From positions 4,437 through 68,436 of the forward strand of contig ONKQ01000007.1 of NCBI GenBank assembly GCA_900318465.1: 64,000 nt of DNA, written 5' to 3'. A model generated the notes under the pieces. The model was not told the origin of the DNA and did not search any database. It saw nothing but the letters and a program-made list of their open reading frames with translations. Shown piece by piece: positions 51,201 to 56,585 of the stretch; within the stretch, counting starts at the first letter, position 1, and every line of letters starts with the position of its first letter. This DNA is from an uncultured Bacteroidales bacterium (GTDB lineage Bacteria > Bacteroidota > Bacteroidia > Bacteroidales > F082). The translations under genes were made by a program, and so were the position numbers.

Positions 51201-51944
51201 CGTGCTGAATTTCTGCACGGTAACGTTCTTCAGGTGCAGGGTGCCTTGCATTATCCTGAACAAGGCATAGTTCTTGATTGCGCCGCCTGTGGCCGTTACT
51301 TGAGGGGTCATGGTGACACCGTCGTCCTCGGCGGTCAGTGTGGGACCGTCGCCATCGATGACGAAGTTGTTCGAGAAGTTGTAGGTAGTAGGGTAGTCTT
51401 CCGGTGTTCCTGGGGTGGGGTCGTTGCCTTCGATGATAAGTTTACGATTGTTTAAGTCGGAGCTCTCAGCTGTACGCAAATAGAAAGCAACTTGTGTGCC
51501 ACTATAGCCGTAGTTGCCCGTTATTTTCAGCGTAGGGTTGTTGGATGAGTGGGCAATCGAATCGAAGGACACGCCGTCGCCAAACTTCATGGTTAATGAG
51601 GAACCCGCGCCATTGAAGTCAAATTGTCCATTAAAGAAGATGGTTTGTGTGTTCTCGAAGAGGAGGGTTATGGAAACACCCGGGGAAAAATTGACCCTAC
51701 CATATATTTCTGTATAATTAGTACCGACAGGTGTTAATGTTGCACCATCCTTCTTGTATACATTAAAGTTGTTGTTTGTATTGTCATTGGGATCTGTGGA
51801 GCGCAAAACATAGGTAGCACTTGTGGTACCCGCAGGTTTCCAAGTGTCTCCCATTGTAGTCATTGCGCTGCCCAAGACCAACAAGGCGAGTAAAAGGATT
51901 TGTCTCATTCTGTTTCTGTAGTTCTTCATTGTTGCGTATTTCAT
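39276..51944 (-). CDS. Giant (4222 aa) multi-domain T9SS-secreted surface protein / putative adhesin
   Basis: Uninterrupted ORF with ATG at 51944 and a signal peptide. Coordinates below are approximate.
- More than 30 GGG[IV][YFN]-type parallel beta-helix (Pmp-like) repeats, nt 47850-50790.
- 6-7 Fn3/Ig-like modules with a YYVRAYA-type motif, nt 45400-47800.
- 7 Listeria-Bacteroides (InlB B-repeat) modules, nt 43740-45390.
- A second beta-helix segment, nt 43200-43560.
- A GLUG-motif region (VGGIAGEA, YIGGLVGKA, YIGGLVGYL, FIGGLVGEN), nt 41800-42500.
- A (PDE)n linker and a T9SS CTD ending ..GVYLLRLIGNDKVKVQKMVIK. Confidence 0.9.
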   Translation of the reverse strand: MKYATMKNYRNRMRQILLLALLVLGSAMTTMGDTWKPAGTTSATYVLRSTDPNDNTNNNFNVYKKDGATLTPVGTNYTEIYGRVNFSPGVSITLLFENTQTIFFNGQFDFNGAGSSLTMKFGDGVSFDSIAHSSNNPTLKITGNYGYSGTQVAFYLRTAESSDLNNRKLIIEGNDPTPGTPEDYPTTYNFSNNFVIDGDGPTLTAEDDGVTMTPQVTATGGAIKNYALFRIMQGTLHLKNVTVQKFSTSYTNAGMTQVYTNNATATIDLEFNHCLFTNIGAKSTTGSPVLRMQGQGGNNENRDARLKYCKFENIFGSYSLAVGSTTNTDNANATVRTVGNNQVKLSLDGCHFTHNYGCPVRWHGCSSAEPMRVNNCLIENSFTWIERKQVFGGGGMLLKGPAEITNCTIRNNRTDGKGGGIYLSTYVDFGDGTPGLIPQHSILKLDPATVISGNVAQEDGGGVAIEAKVMRNTWGIANTYLNYTNGIIYWIADENGQIQYDENGEPIPFRTEFRQNGATITNNTANGIYGGGVYISRDPSTPFYKVNCILNYGKITGNKTGGNGQSGKGGGVAIKTYKDEEITFSFTNNNGGIETFSLPTSTEIPKVKPQDVTVVVSDPELDPDNPADEMLVNDNHSGDGGGVYVEAYPNTYTVDQYPLTDGTVSKVSTTVYATGNIHTNTATNDGGGLYVKYGNVDILGGTIGGEMQAAGNRAGHHGGGIYLEEGLITAEYAVIQNNTAAINGGGINNHQGDIRIKGSTIGGENKGNTATTGSGGGVYTNIGSIFINYWDPDGGTNYVIQDAARPSEITYNRAGQNGGGINTHKGLIFAVGKEYDSKIKISHNTAINGSGGGVFCMGEEEVSAEYIHLVNAEINNNEASTGTGATVNNVTTGCGGGIYLQYGIINLTASTVNGNTANWNGGGINNHDGNINLLGSEVSSNTAHHSGGGIYTNLGDIDIEDYAENSTNSVTLRQSKVTDNHADFNGGGIDTHYGIITINKDEDNDQIEITGNTAGVNGGGIYANQGTIKAYNALVVNNTAGNNGGGANNHSGDIIFYGGSVSNNTAENGHGGGIYTNVGDIHLLSFPSDIPIDEITAFNGVELYNNIARYNGGGINNHTGRVNIRYATLRNNTSTLGNGGGIFCEGPHSSSTGYTIRLLNSSLKENKTRGANGTEVAPTGRGGGIYLKYGSIFAQGSNIVGNSANINGGGLNNHSGNIRVYGCQLIENKAVTGNGGGIYTQVGDIITGPYGLSGRTLIQKNTAQLNGGGIDNHEGKITINGDYIGHPGNNENNTEYRELGNIAITGHGGGVFVRSGNIEMFGGAISNNQAKRVNNVGGNGGGVNIGGESGEGGQGGIFTIKKRNAKPIVDIIDVELGRDENTSGKYTATIHYHVIDNLNQEYYTNPAFGFTDDAFNAQLLWVSTNQGAAAVAPSSVIGDLPGCRRLTISNLEPGTDYTVKISVTNKQSPTGCPKTGYSDDCTFTTFSASPMVLTGAVSNIGSTSATANGKVVDNGVGPTEDDPNGIAVEARGIIYSTNAPSASHPLEVGKSGVVLVPEFPIGTDDYFTLDLTGLTASRTYYVRAYAFKDRKYGYGEVEEFKTLQTLPDMGNGTVDFAQVGVQDGKYTYSFTFTMPEGTNMGNLMDYGFILSTDDDPELKPANIVPLTGTSGRTFTGTKSGLDPNTTYYVSAFASYTTNVHEPAYLPQYALTTPRQFITPNGNLPVVRAVRISEITQNSAKITGKIVYNGGSDIKVYGICYSSSEHFPTEHNTTNCFHVEVEGTVAEGREFTLTIPNDPTQTNPDSENLNPPLEASKTYYVRAYAANVSNPQESQIAYSNDYNFTTMPLTPPHIHVNVTDIQNHVASVVCTVDWGGYAFNSAFTYGIYYRKAGIDPNTNEPYPYQQVPGSGLTAANNSEFTVNLSGLVAETQYQVYAYASNTLGTTDTHSYPVTFTTIYDPHIFNLENIVITTTDGSITISGITVTAGADYTITKYGICFSEEPNPTLESESVDHVCGHSTKEQTIDHGNTETIPSVTFATSDDYTLVPNKQYYITAYAHSEQAVYTHNTYSDQTTCITLPIVATGECQGATTTTVNLTGIIGSPDPNHYITEYGVCYSTSNADPKIGGNDVKYKSVAVTAPNPSTMRFTISLNSTNDDITTGNYYWRAYVKNTEDKYIYATTVNHEKFLCDGQITATTDPANIGNVSISNNGYFYAGDQCTLTATPNESFLNWTKAGETEPVSTNWNYTFTVNSTTAGQYVAHFNPNYQYIITANPGTGGTVTGGGSYAYGDDCTLEATPDATQGYRFVNWTRDNVEVSEETPYEFSVTESGTYTANFIQTFAITATSSNSAHGTVSGGGTFDNGTSCTLTATAAEGYQFANWTKDGNSVSTNANYTFTVSSTTAGNYVANFALVYTIAATANPSIGGTVSGAGTFASGANCTLEALPNTGYQFTKWMEGNTQVSTNPTYTIENISANHTLVAHFDNITYTITAISTSTAQGTVTVSGGTGSGNNVFHYDQLCSLTAVPENTYRFEKWVKVENETEVDSVSLSPIYSFYVHESGTYKAYFKKEYMIAATADPTDGGTITGTGLYDEGEEVTLTAARNPGYFFVKWTENGNEVSTIPTYTISDLDANHTLVANFGYVDYTITATTATGDNSQGTATVSGGNGQDHNVFNIGQTCELKATAVGGYRFLKWTKDGAEVSTEATYQFTVTPESGGDYVANFEADNSGGGGGKSTPNLPREIYPSFGINPLFMEMSPLEQALWSSVADDTIRVAPKTREGDVPLKPEADTVGCLVTYPEINFNDAMLNGGGIYVNINNAKVVFSDGEIDYNHATESGGGVFIGDEAEMTMINKCEVKHNHVDASDLAAHKGGGGIYQNGVLYVGDGTEAIHYLQVTENWAGTNGPVYDPSEPDQNNRNNVYLPTNPYPLPSTLPSTQAWTILNDANTKMKRVITLLSDISKKDPETNKYYTNIGLTVDHGFRAVIYTKLIGEEDTQQTSDVTRERWLTDLIPASGVLTNAAFFDDANKYYALHVHNTVNPDTLRRQCDYLYGCWTTEVTSNPGDDHIKLVGDVYHIKTNRGLAWFTSIVNGLNGQAPQPNAKAIVENDIDMREHLWVPIGSSLPAFYLGDGETQLKTKYGAEIVFSDGGAFVGEFNGQGHVITGLRCRYVTGIEKYGLFGTVTKKYTYNMTVYNDDQSQSLPYNTEFEGAGKVMNTFVDDHVYWAFKKDDNLDILPYRVGGIAGEAMHGASIICSESRGQIIVQASECLPENTYIGGLVGKAVGGAIPAQGTSSAIPENPVVIHSSMAMPEIVGTPYYIGGLVGYLDQKSSLYNSFANPKFPEKIKIIDTEYNVNYPMGGGKFIGGLVGENDGTVENCYTRLQGNEPKNDTPESVFGWFVGTSNNANIMYCYGAKEKMDSPGVAEGGEYIKAGTPPSGHGTYSETKRYSKKYGFKHRDHNMYDKDGTLIDTAHYKQPNQTYTKYVGNRINDTLIGGLQHALNHWVDTANKTTPTYAKWTRTMASPINDDYPIPMLTWKNADEDFNSVGSKDGIYMLYEDNVNDMWAATGKNFKACNTDGSVAAMYLYDVQPGDVPADVEITGNVNVPLHIHEDIGITQPANAKLTARAGVTIKNARKGDSDFTPNPNWHLFSSAIKDVPMGLDYHTDTNYVVNGSVVYQYHTPYSGGQYSDDIPNKAKHSHTIWSNRNYFDPPHVSWFQSDRNDTLSYNENGKKIGYFPTNTPYGTWRPGAGGHTSSAEDGFFDLYCYSEEFYHWINFKREGSINQPEGSSKWLDHWHMDADDNGDHLRLDYGYNLPTGENSYSFTLGNEPCLLTGKGYMMALSSESMMMADGQLNTGDIYAPVTLTAVGTHNPRPQYRYDEPWRTLNLVGNPYQSYLDFGKFVEDSPNKDIIYSEEGKILVGEEEVTVHTYTYYTRDDDNQVFTSHTTTQSDNPDLYATSYIHPHQGFFVKVNGSGTLQFTDNMRRAGTNTSLQSDFREEHINYPLVNLLCYDEGGDRDFTTVEVNRPTKGGGFKAPNLKSGNFLLYAHFEDTDYQIVFTPVGTNTVPVRFETEVDGVFTMKWNTLHGTFNYLHLIDNLTGVDLDLLTHDEYKFEAVQHDYVSRFKLVFRCDEEPDEPDEPDEPNESDHFAFMFGDELIVNGEGMLQMFDVQGRCLMTTRVTGGQSSVSLPKVACGVYLLRLIGNDKVKVQKMVIK
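39496..39533 (-). repeat. 9-bp in-frame reiteration encoding (EPD)n linker
   Basis: ggttcgtct ggttcgtct ggctcatca ggctcctcg on plus. This encodes ...EEPDEPDEPDEPNE... just upstream of the T9SS CTD. Confidence 0.7.
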
Positions 51945-52251
51945 CTTCTTTTGTTTCTTTTTATTTCAGACTTATTATTTATCGTATCGTGTGGAGCTTC
52001 AGCTAAGCTCATTGCCCGACACACAGACACAGCTGACCACCGACGTGGGGGGTCAACTTGAGTGGGTCAGGCTGGTGTTGCCTCATGCCTTGCATTGCGT
52101 GCAGCTCGGCTGGGGCAGGTTCTAAAATGGGACTTGTCGTAGTCGGGTTGTAGTAATGTAACGCATTCATTTCGCGTAAGATAAAAGAAAAAAACATATC
52201 CTCTTCCGCTCCCCTCACCTCACGGCGGGGTATGGTTTCGGATTTAGCCCG

Positions 52252-52259
52252 CAAAAATA
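52252..52259 (-). promoter_or_regulatory. Bacteroidota-type -7 promoter box (TAnnTTTG) for the giant gene
   Basis: Plus strand CAAAAATA = TATTTTTG on minus. It lies 307 nt upstream of ATG 51944, implying a ~300-nt leader. A T9 run (A9 on minus) at 52265-52273 lies 5 nt upstream of the box. Confidence 0.4.
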
Positions 52260-52354
52260 GAGAATTTTTTTTTACCGTAGCTTTTTTGGAAAAAAATCTT
52301 TTTATCGCTTAGAGGCTGATATTAAAATACTGGCTTACAATTTGTTATATCAAC

Positions 52355-53533
52355 TTATTTCTTTTTCTTCAACTCCGCCTCAGCCTGCTTCACGCTGACG
52401 CGCTCGCCGTTGATGAAGGCGACAATGAAAGCATCAGCATAACCCAAGGTGCTAAGCTCTGCTTTTCGTGCCTCGGCTTGCGCTACAGTCGAAAAACGCC
52501 CTGAAATATAACAATACATGTTTTTCGACCTGTACATGCTTACTTTCTTGATTTTCTTGAAAGTCGGGTCCTTGAGCGACACCTTTTTCTTCACCGCTGC
52601 AAACTGCACGGAGAAATAAATGTCCTTTTCCCCGCTCTCTCCTTGTGCCACAGCGGGTTTCTCCTCTTTCGGTTTCTCAGTAGCCTGCTCCTTGGGGGCT
52701 TTGGGTTGGTCTTTAGGCTTGCTGACCTCAGGGGGATTGTTGGCCAATTGGTTGTCGGCCTCATATTCCTGCTTGAATTCCGCGAAAGCCTGATACAAGG
52801 ACAAAGCCATCAGTTTCTGACCCTTTTCGGACGCGAGAAACTGCTCCTCCTTTTCATTATTAATAAAGCCCAATTCGACCAGAATGCTCGGCATGGAGGT
52901 CTTCCAAAGCACCAAAAAGCCTGCCTGCTGCACACCTCGGTCGTGGCGGTCGGCCTTGGTGTCAAACTGCTTCTGCACCTTGTCGGCCAATTGCAGGCTC
53001 TGCTTCTGGTAAAGGCTCTGCGAAAGCGAAAACAGGATGTAAGCCTCGGTGCTGTTAGGGTCGAAGTTGTCGTAGGCATCGGTGTTGTCTTCCAACAAGA
53101 TCGCCGCGTTCTCCATCTTTGCCACCTTCAGGTTGGCCTCGTTTTTCGATTCACCCATGACGTAGGTCTCCGCGCCGCTCACCGTGGTGAAGCCCTCGGT
53201 GGAGTTGCAGTGTATGGAGATGAACACGTCGGCATTGTTGCGGTTGGCGATGGCCGCCCTTTCGCTCAATTCGACAAACACATCCTCTTGGCGGGTGTAA
53301 ATCACGTTCACATCGGGCAAGTTCTCTTTGATATAGTTGCCCAACTTGAGCGCAACTGCCAGGTTGATGGTCTTTTCCATGCTCCTTTTGCCCAATGCAC
53401 CGCAATCCTTACCGCCGTGCCCGGCATCGATGACAATGGTCTGGATTTTCTCGCCTTTTTGAGCCATAATAAACTGTGGCATCAGAAAAAACAAGGCCAA
53501 AACACCAAATCCGAAAATCTTTCGTTGTATCAT
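52355..53533 (-). CDS. N-acetylmuramoyl-L-alanine amidase (Amidase_3) with C-terminal SPOR domain
   Basis: 392 aa. VIDAGHGGKDCGA and ISIHCN motifs. Pro/Lys/Glu-rich linker. SPOR-like C-terminus (YFSVQFAAVKKK...AEARKAEL..GYADAFIVAF). Confidence 0.85.
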   Translation of the reverse strand: MIQRKIFGFGVLALFFLMPQFIMAQKGEKIQTIVIDAGHGGKDCGALGKRSMEKTINLAVALKLGNYIKENLPDVNVIYTRQEDVFVELSERAAIANRNNADVFISIHCNSTEGFTTVSGAETYVMGESKNEANLKVAKMENAAILLEDNTDAYDNFDPNSTEAYILFSLSQSLYQKQSLQLADKVQKQFDTKADRHDRGVQQAGFLVLWKTSMPSILVELGFINNEKEEQFLASEKGQKLMALSLYQAFAEFKQEYEADNQLANNPPEVSKPKDQPKAPKEQATEKPKEEKPAVAQGESGEKDIYFSVQFAAVKKKVSLKDPTFKKIKKVSMYRSKNMYCYISGRFSTVAQAEARKAELSTLGYADAFIVAFINGERVSVKQAEAELKKKK

Positions 53534-53549
53534 ATCAAGTTCATTTATT

Positions 53550-53557
53550 TATCTTTG
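53550..53557 (+). promoter_or_regulatory. Bacteroidota-type -7 promoter box (TAnnTTTG)
   Basis: TATCTTTG, 38 nt upstream of TTG 53596. It lies inside the longer GTG-initiated ORF, which argues against that start. Confidence 0.45.
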
Positions 53558-53575
53558 CAGCGTTTTTCGACCGCA

Positions 53576-53583
53576 CAAAAGTA
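53576..53583 (-). promoter_or_regulatory. Bacteroidota-type -7 promoter box (TAnnTTTG)
   Basis: Plus strand CAAAAGTA, 42 nt upstream of ATG 53533 (amidase). Confidence 0.4.
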
Positions 53584-53595
53584 AACGTTTTTGTT

Positions 53596-56469
53596 TTGAC
53601 CAAACGCAAGTCATATAGAAAATATTTTTCAACAGCAGCATTTTGCTTGCTGGCGGCTGTGGCCTTGGCTTTTTTCGGTTGCAAACAAATGGCTCATATT
53701 GAGAAAGATACACACCAAATTGAGCCAACAGGGATTGACAGTGCCGCCATAGCGAAGCCCCGCATCACCGACACGATTACGATGGTGTTCGACACGATTG
53801 CCACGGATACCACGGCCCATTTTGTTGTCGACAGCATCGCCTCACTTGACAGTTTGGCCGTGGCTTTAGACACCATCCCGACACTTGACTCGCTTGGTTA
53901 CGACACTTTGACACACAAAACGACACGTATTAATAAAATCACGCCACGACGCTCCGATTCGGCCATTGAGACCCAAGTGGTTTGTTCCGCTTCCGACTCG
54001 TCGTATCGCGACATGAACCAGAAGAAAATCTATTATTACGGCAACGCCGAAGCCAAATACGAAGACATCAACTTGACAGCGGCCTGCTTGGAATTCGACC
54101 TTGAAACCACCACCTGCCGAGCTTACGGTGTCGTCGATTCGTTAGGCAAACTGCAAGGACGGCCCATTTTCAAGCAAGGCGAGTCAACTTTTGAGGCCGG
54201 GGAAATGCTCTACAATTTCAAGACCAAGAAGGGCATCATCACCAAGGTTTGGACTGAGGAGCAAGGCGGCTACCTGCACGGCGAGCGCGTGAAACGCATG
54301 GACGACAACACCATCAACATACGCTCGGGCGGCTACACCACCTGCAACCTGAAAGAGCACCCACATTATCAGTTCAAGTTCACCAAGGCCAAAGTCATCC
54401 CCGACGACAAAATCGTCACCGGCCCCATCTACATGACCATCGCCGACGTGCCGTTGCCGCTCGCACTGCCTTTCGCCATGATTCCCAACACGAAAGGCAA
54501 AAAGTCGGGACTCATCATCCCCACCTACGGCGAGTCGGCCAACCGTGGCTTCTACCTCGAAAACGGCGGCTACTACTGGGCCATCAGCGACTATTACGAC
54601 CTGCAAGTGTTGGGCGACATCTACACCCGTGGCTCGTGGGGCATCAAGCCGACTTTCCGCTACAACCGCCGCTACAAGCACAGCGGCTCGATGGCTTTGA
54701 GCTTCGCCGTCAACAAGATAGGCACCAAAGGCGCCGCCGACTATCAGGAGAGCAACGACTTCAAGATACAATGGACGCACAGGCAAGACACCAAGGCCCA
54801 CCCGCGCCGCAACTTCTCGGCCAACGTCAACATCGTGAGTTCCAACTTCAACAAATACAACGCCCAAACCACCACCGACCAACTGAGCAACACCTTCCAG
54901 TCGAGTATCAGCTACCAGACCAACTTCGCCAGCAAAGTCTACCTCACCCTCAACGCCAGCCACAGCCAAAACACGCTGACGCGACAGATGACCGCCTCGT
55001 TGCCTGAAGTTACGCTGACGGTCAACACTTTCTATCCACTGAAAAAAGTGGGCAAGGCGGGCAAGAAACGCTGGTACCAAAGCCTCAGCATGGGCTACAC
55101 GATGAACGGGAAGGTTTACATCAACGACGTCGACACGGTGCTGTTCAACGGCTTCACCGACGACTTCGGCAGCTGGGCACGCGGCTTTATGCGCAACCAT
55201 GCCCAAATGGGCGTCAAGCACACCATGCCCATCAGCGCGACCATCAAGTTGCTGAAGCACTTCTCGTGGACCAATTCCGTGGGATTGAACGACTACATGT
55301 ATTTCCGGCACACCGAGCAGCAATGGATTCACGACACCGACTCGACAGGGCACCTGCAAATCGACACCCTACTTGGTTTCTACAATTTGGTGGACTTCAA
55401 CGCGACCACCAAAATCACCACCAAGCTCTACGGCATGAAGTACTTCAGCGGAGGTCCAATCCGAGCCATCAGGCACGTCATCACCCCTGAGATTGGCTTC
55501 ACCTACCGCCCCAACTTCGGCGACCCGAGATGGGGCGTTTACGGTTCCTACACCGACGGCGACGGCAAAGTGCAGACCTACAACAAATTCGACCGCGCAC
55601 TCTACGGAACGCCTTCGCAAACCCAGCAGGGACTGCTCACCTACAACATCAGCAACAACTTGGAAATCAAAGTGCCATCGAAAGCCGACACCATCACGGG
55701 CGTGAAGAAAATACCCATCTTTGAGTCGTTGTCAATTTCGGGCAACTACGACATCACCAAGGACTCCCTCAACTTCTCCCCCATTTCGATAAGCGGTCGC
55801 ACCACGCTGTTCAAGAAACTGAACATCAGCTACAACAGCTCGTGGGATCCCTACGCCGCCGACTCGTTGGGCCGACGCATCAACAAATTCGAGCTCATCG
55901 AAAACGGTCGCCTTTTCCATAAAAACAGCTCTTCGTGGAACTTCAGCCTAAGCTATTCGTTCAACCAAAACGAATTGGACAAGCTGACAGGAAAGAACAA
56001 GACGAAAAAACCAAACGAGCTTGGCGACGACCTCCTCCAGCGGGCGCAACAGTCGGAGAACGTCACCGAAGGCGAGCTTTTGGAAATCATGGGCAATCCC
56101 AATGCCTACGTCGACTGGAATACGCCTTGGTCGCTCACCTTGAGCTACAACTTCACCTATACCACCAACATGGCCTACGCCGCCTTCCTCGGCATTGCCA
56201 CCAACCGCGTGGTGCAGACCCTGAACCTCAACGGCGACATCAGCCTCACGCCCAAGTGGAAGTTCACCTTCTCTACGGGCTGGGACTTCACCAACCACGG
56301 CCTGTCGTACACCAACGTCAGCGTTTACCGCGACCTCCACTGCTGGGAGATGCGCTTCAACTGGATTCCCATCGGCAGCTACAAGAGCTGGAACTTCACC
56401 ATCAACGTGAAATCCGCCGCTTTGAAGGATTTGAAGTTGACTAAGAAAAAGGACTACCGCGATAATTAA
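53596..56469 (+). CDS. lptD: LPS-assembly protein LptD-like outer-membrane beta-barrel (OstA-like N-terminal domain)
   Basis: ORF 53476..56469 (GTG). Proposed start is TTG 53596, giving (M)TKRKSYRKYFSTAAFCLLAAVALAFFGC. The alternative is ATG 53689. OstA-like segment KKIYYYGNAEAKYEDINLTAACLEFDL, then a long beta-strand-rich C-terminal region. Confidence 0.7.
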   Translation: MTKRKSYRKYFSTAAFCLLAAVALAFFGCKQMAHIEKDTHQIEPTGIDSAAIAKPRITDTITMVFDTIATDTTAHFVVDSIASLDSLAVALDTIPTLDSLGYDTLTHKTTRINKITPRRSDSAIETQVVCSASDSSYRDMNQKKIYYYGNAEAKYEDINLTAACLEFDLETTTCRAYGVVDSLGKLQGRPIFKQGESTFEAGEMLYNFKTKKGIITKVWTEEQGGYLHGERVKRMDDNTINIRSGGYTTCNLKEHPHYQFKFTKAKVIPDDKIVTGPIYMTIADVPLPLALPFAMIPNTKGKKSGLIIPTYGESANRGFYLENGGYYWAISDYYDLQVLGDIYTRGSWGIKPTFRYNRRYKHSGSMALSFAVNKIGTKGAADYQESNDFKIQWTHRQDTKAHPRRNFSANVNIVSSNFNKYNAQTTTDQLSNTFQSSISYQTNFASKVYLTLNASHSQNTLTRQMTASLPEVTLTVNTFYPLKKVGKAGKKRWYQSLSMGYTMNGKVYINDVDTVLFNGFTDDFGSWARGFMRNHAQMGVKHTMPISATIKLLKHFSWTNSVGLNDYMYFRHTEQQWIHDTDSTGHLQIDTLLGFYNLVDFNATTKITTKLYGMKYFSGGPIRAIRHVITPEIGFTYRPNFGDPRWGVYGSYTDGDGKVQTYNKFDRALYGTPSQTQQGLLTYNISNNLEIKVPSKADTITGVKKIPIFESLSISGNYDITKDSLNFSPISISGRTTLFKKLNISYNSSWDPYAADSLGRRINKFELIENGRLFHKNSSSWNFSLSYSFNQNELDKLTGKNKTKKPNELGDDLLQRAQQSENVTEGELLEIMGNPNAYVDWNTPWSLTLSYNFTYTTNMAYAAFLGIATNRVVQTLNLNGDISLTPKWKFTFSTGWDFTNHGLSYTNVSVYRDLHCWEMRFNWIPIGSYKSWNFTINVKSAALKDLKLTKKKDYRDN

Positions 56470-56472
56470 TGT

Positions 56473-56546
56473 GGAATTAGGAATGCAGAATTAGCCTATC
56501 GGATGAAAATATTCTGCATTCCGCATTCTGCATTCCGAATTTCTTA
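56473..56546. repeat. Heptamer-periodic inverted arrays forming a hairpin (GGAAT-type / ATTC-type units)
   Basis: Left units ggaatta ggaatgc agaat. Right units attctgc attccgc attctgc attccga atttctt. A perfect 12-bp stem GGAATGCAGAAT (56480-56491) / ATTCTGCATTCC (56511-56522) probably terminates lptD. Confidence 0.75.
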
Positions 56547-56547
56547 T

Positions 56548-56555
56548 TATTTTTG
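56548..56555 (+). promoter_or_regulatory. Bacteroidota-type -7 promoter box (TAnnTTTG)
   Basis: TATTTTTG, 24-30 nt upstream of ATG 56580/56586. Confidence 0.5.
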
Positions 56556-56585
56556 CCCCATTCAAATCTAATCAATCTAATGTAT

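Noticed and set aside
52009-52254. 81-aa ORF in the leader upstream of the giant gene.
   Set aside because: Its start lies inside the predicted -7 promoter box. Its composition is atypical (Pro/His/Gln/Cys-rich) and it has no motif. I treat the region as a non-coding leader.
51945-52354. An invertible (phase-variable) promoter upstream of the giant adhesin, as at Bacteroides surface loci.
   Set aside because: I found no pair of long inverted repeats flanking the promoter box, and no nearby recombinase gene. Only homopolymer tracts are present, and these are reported separately.
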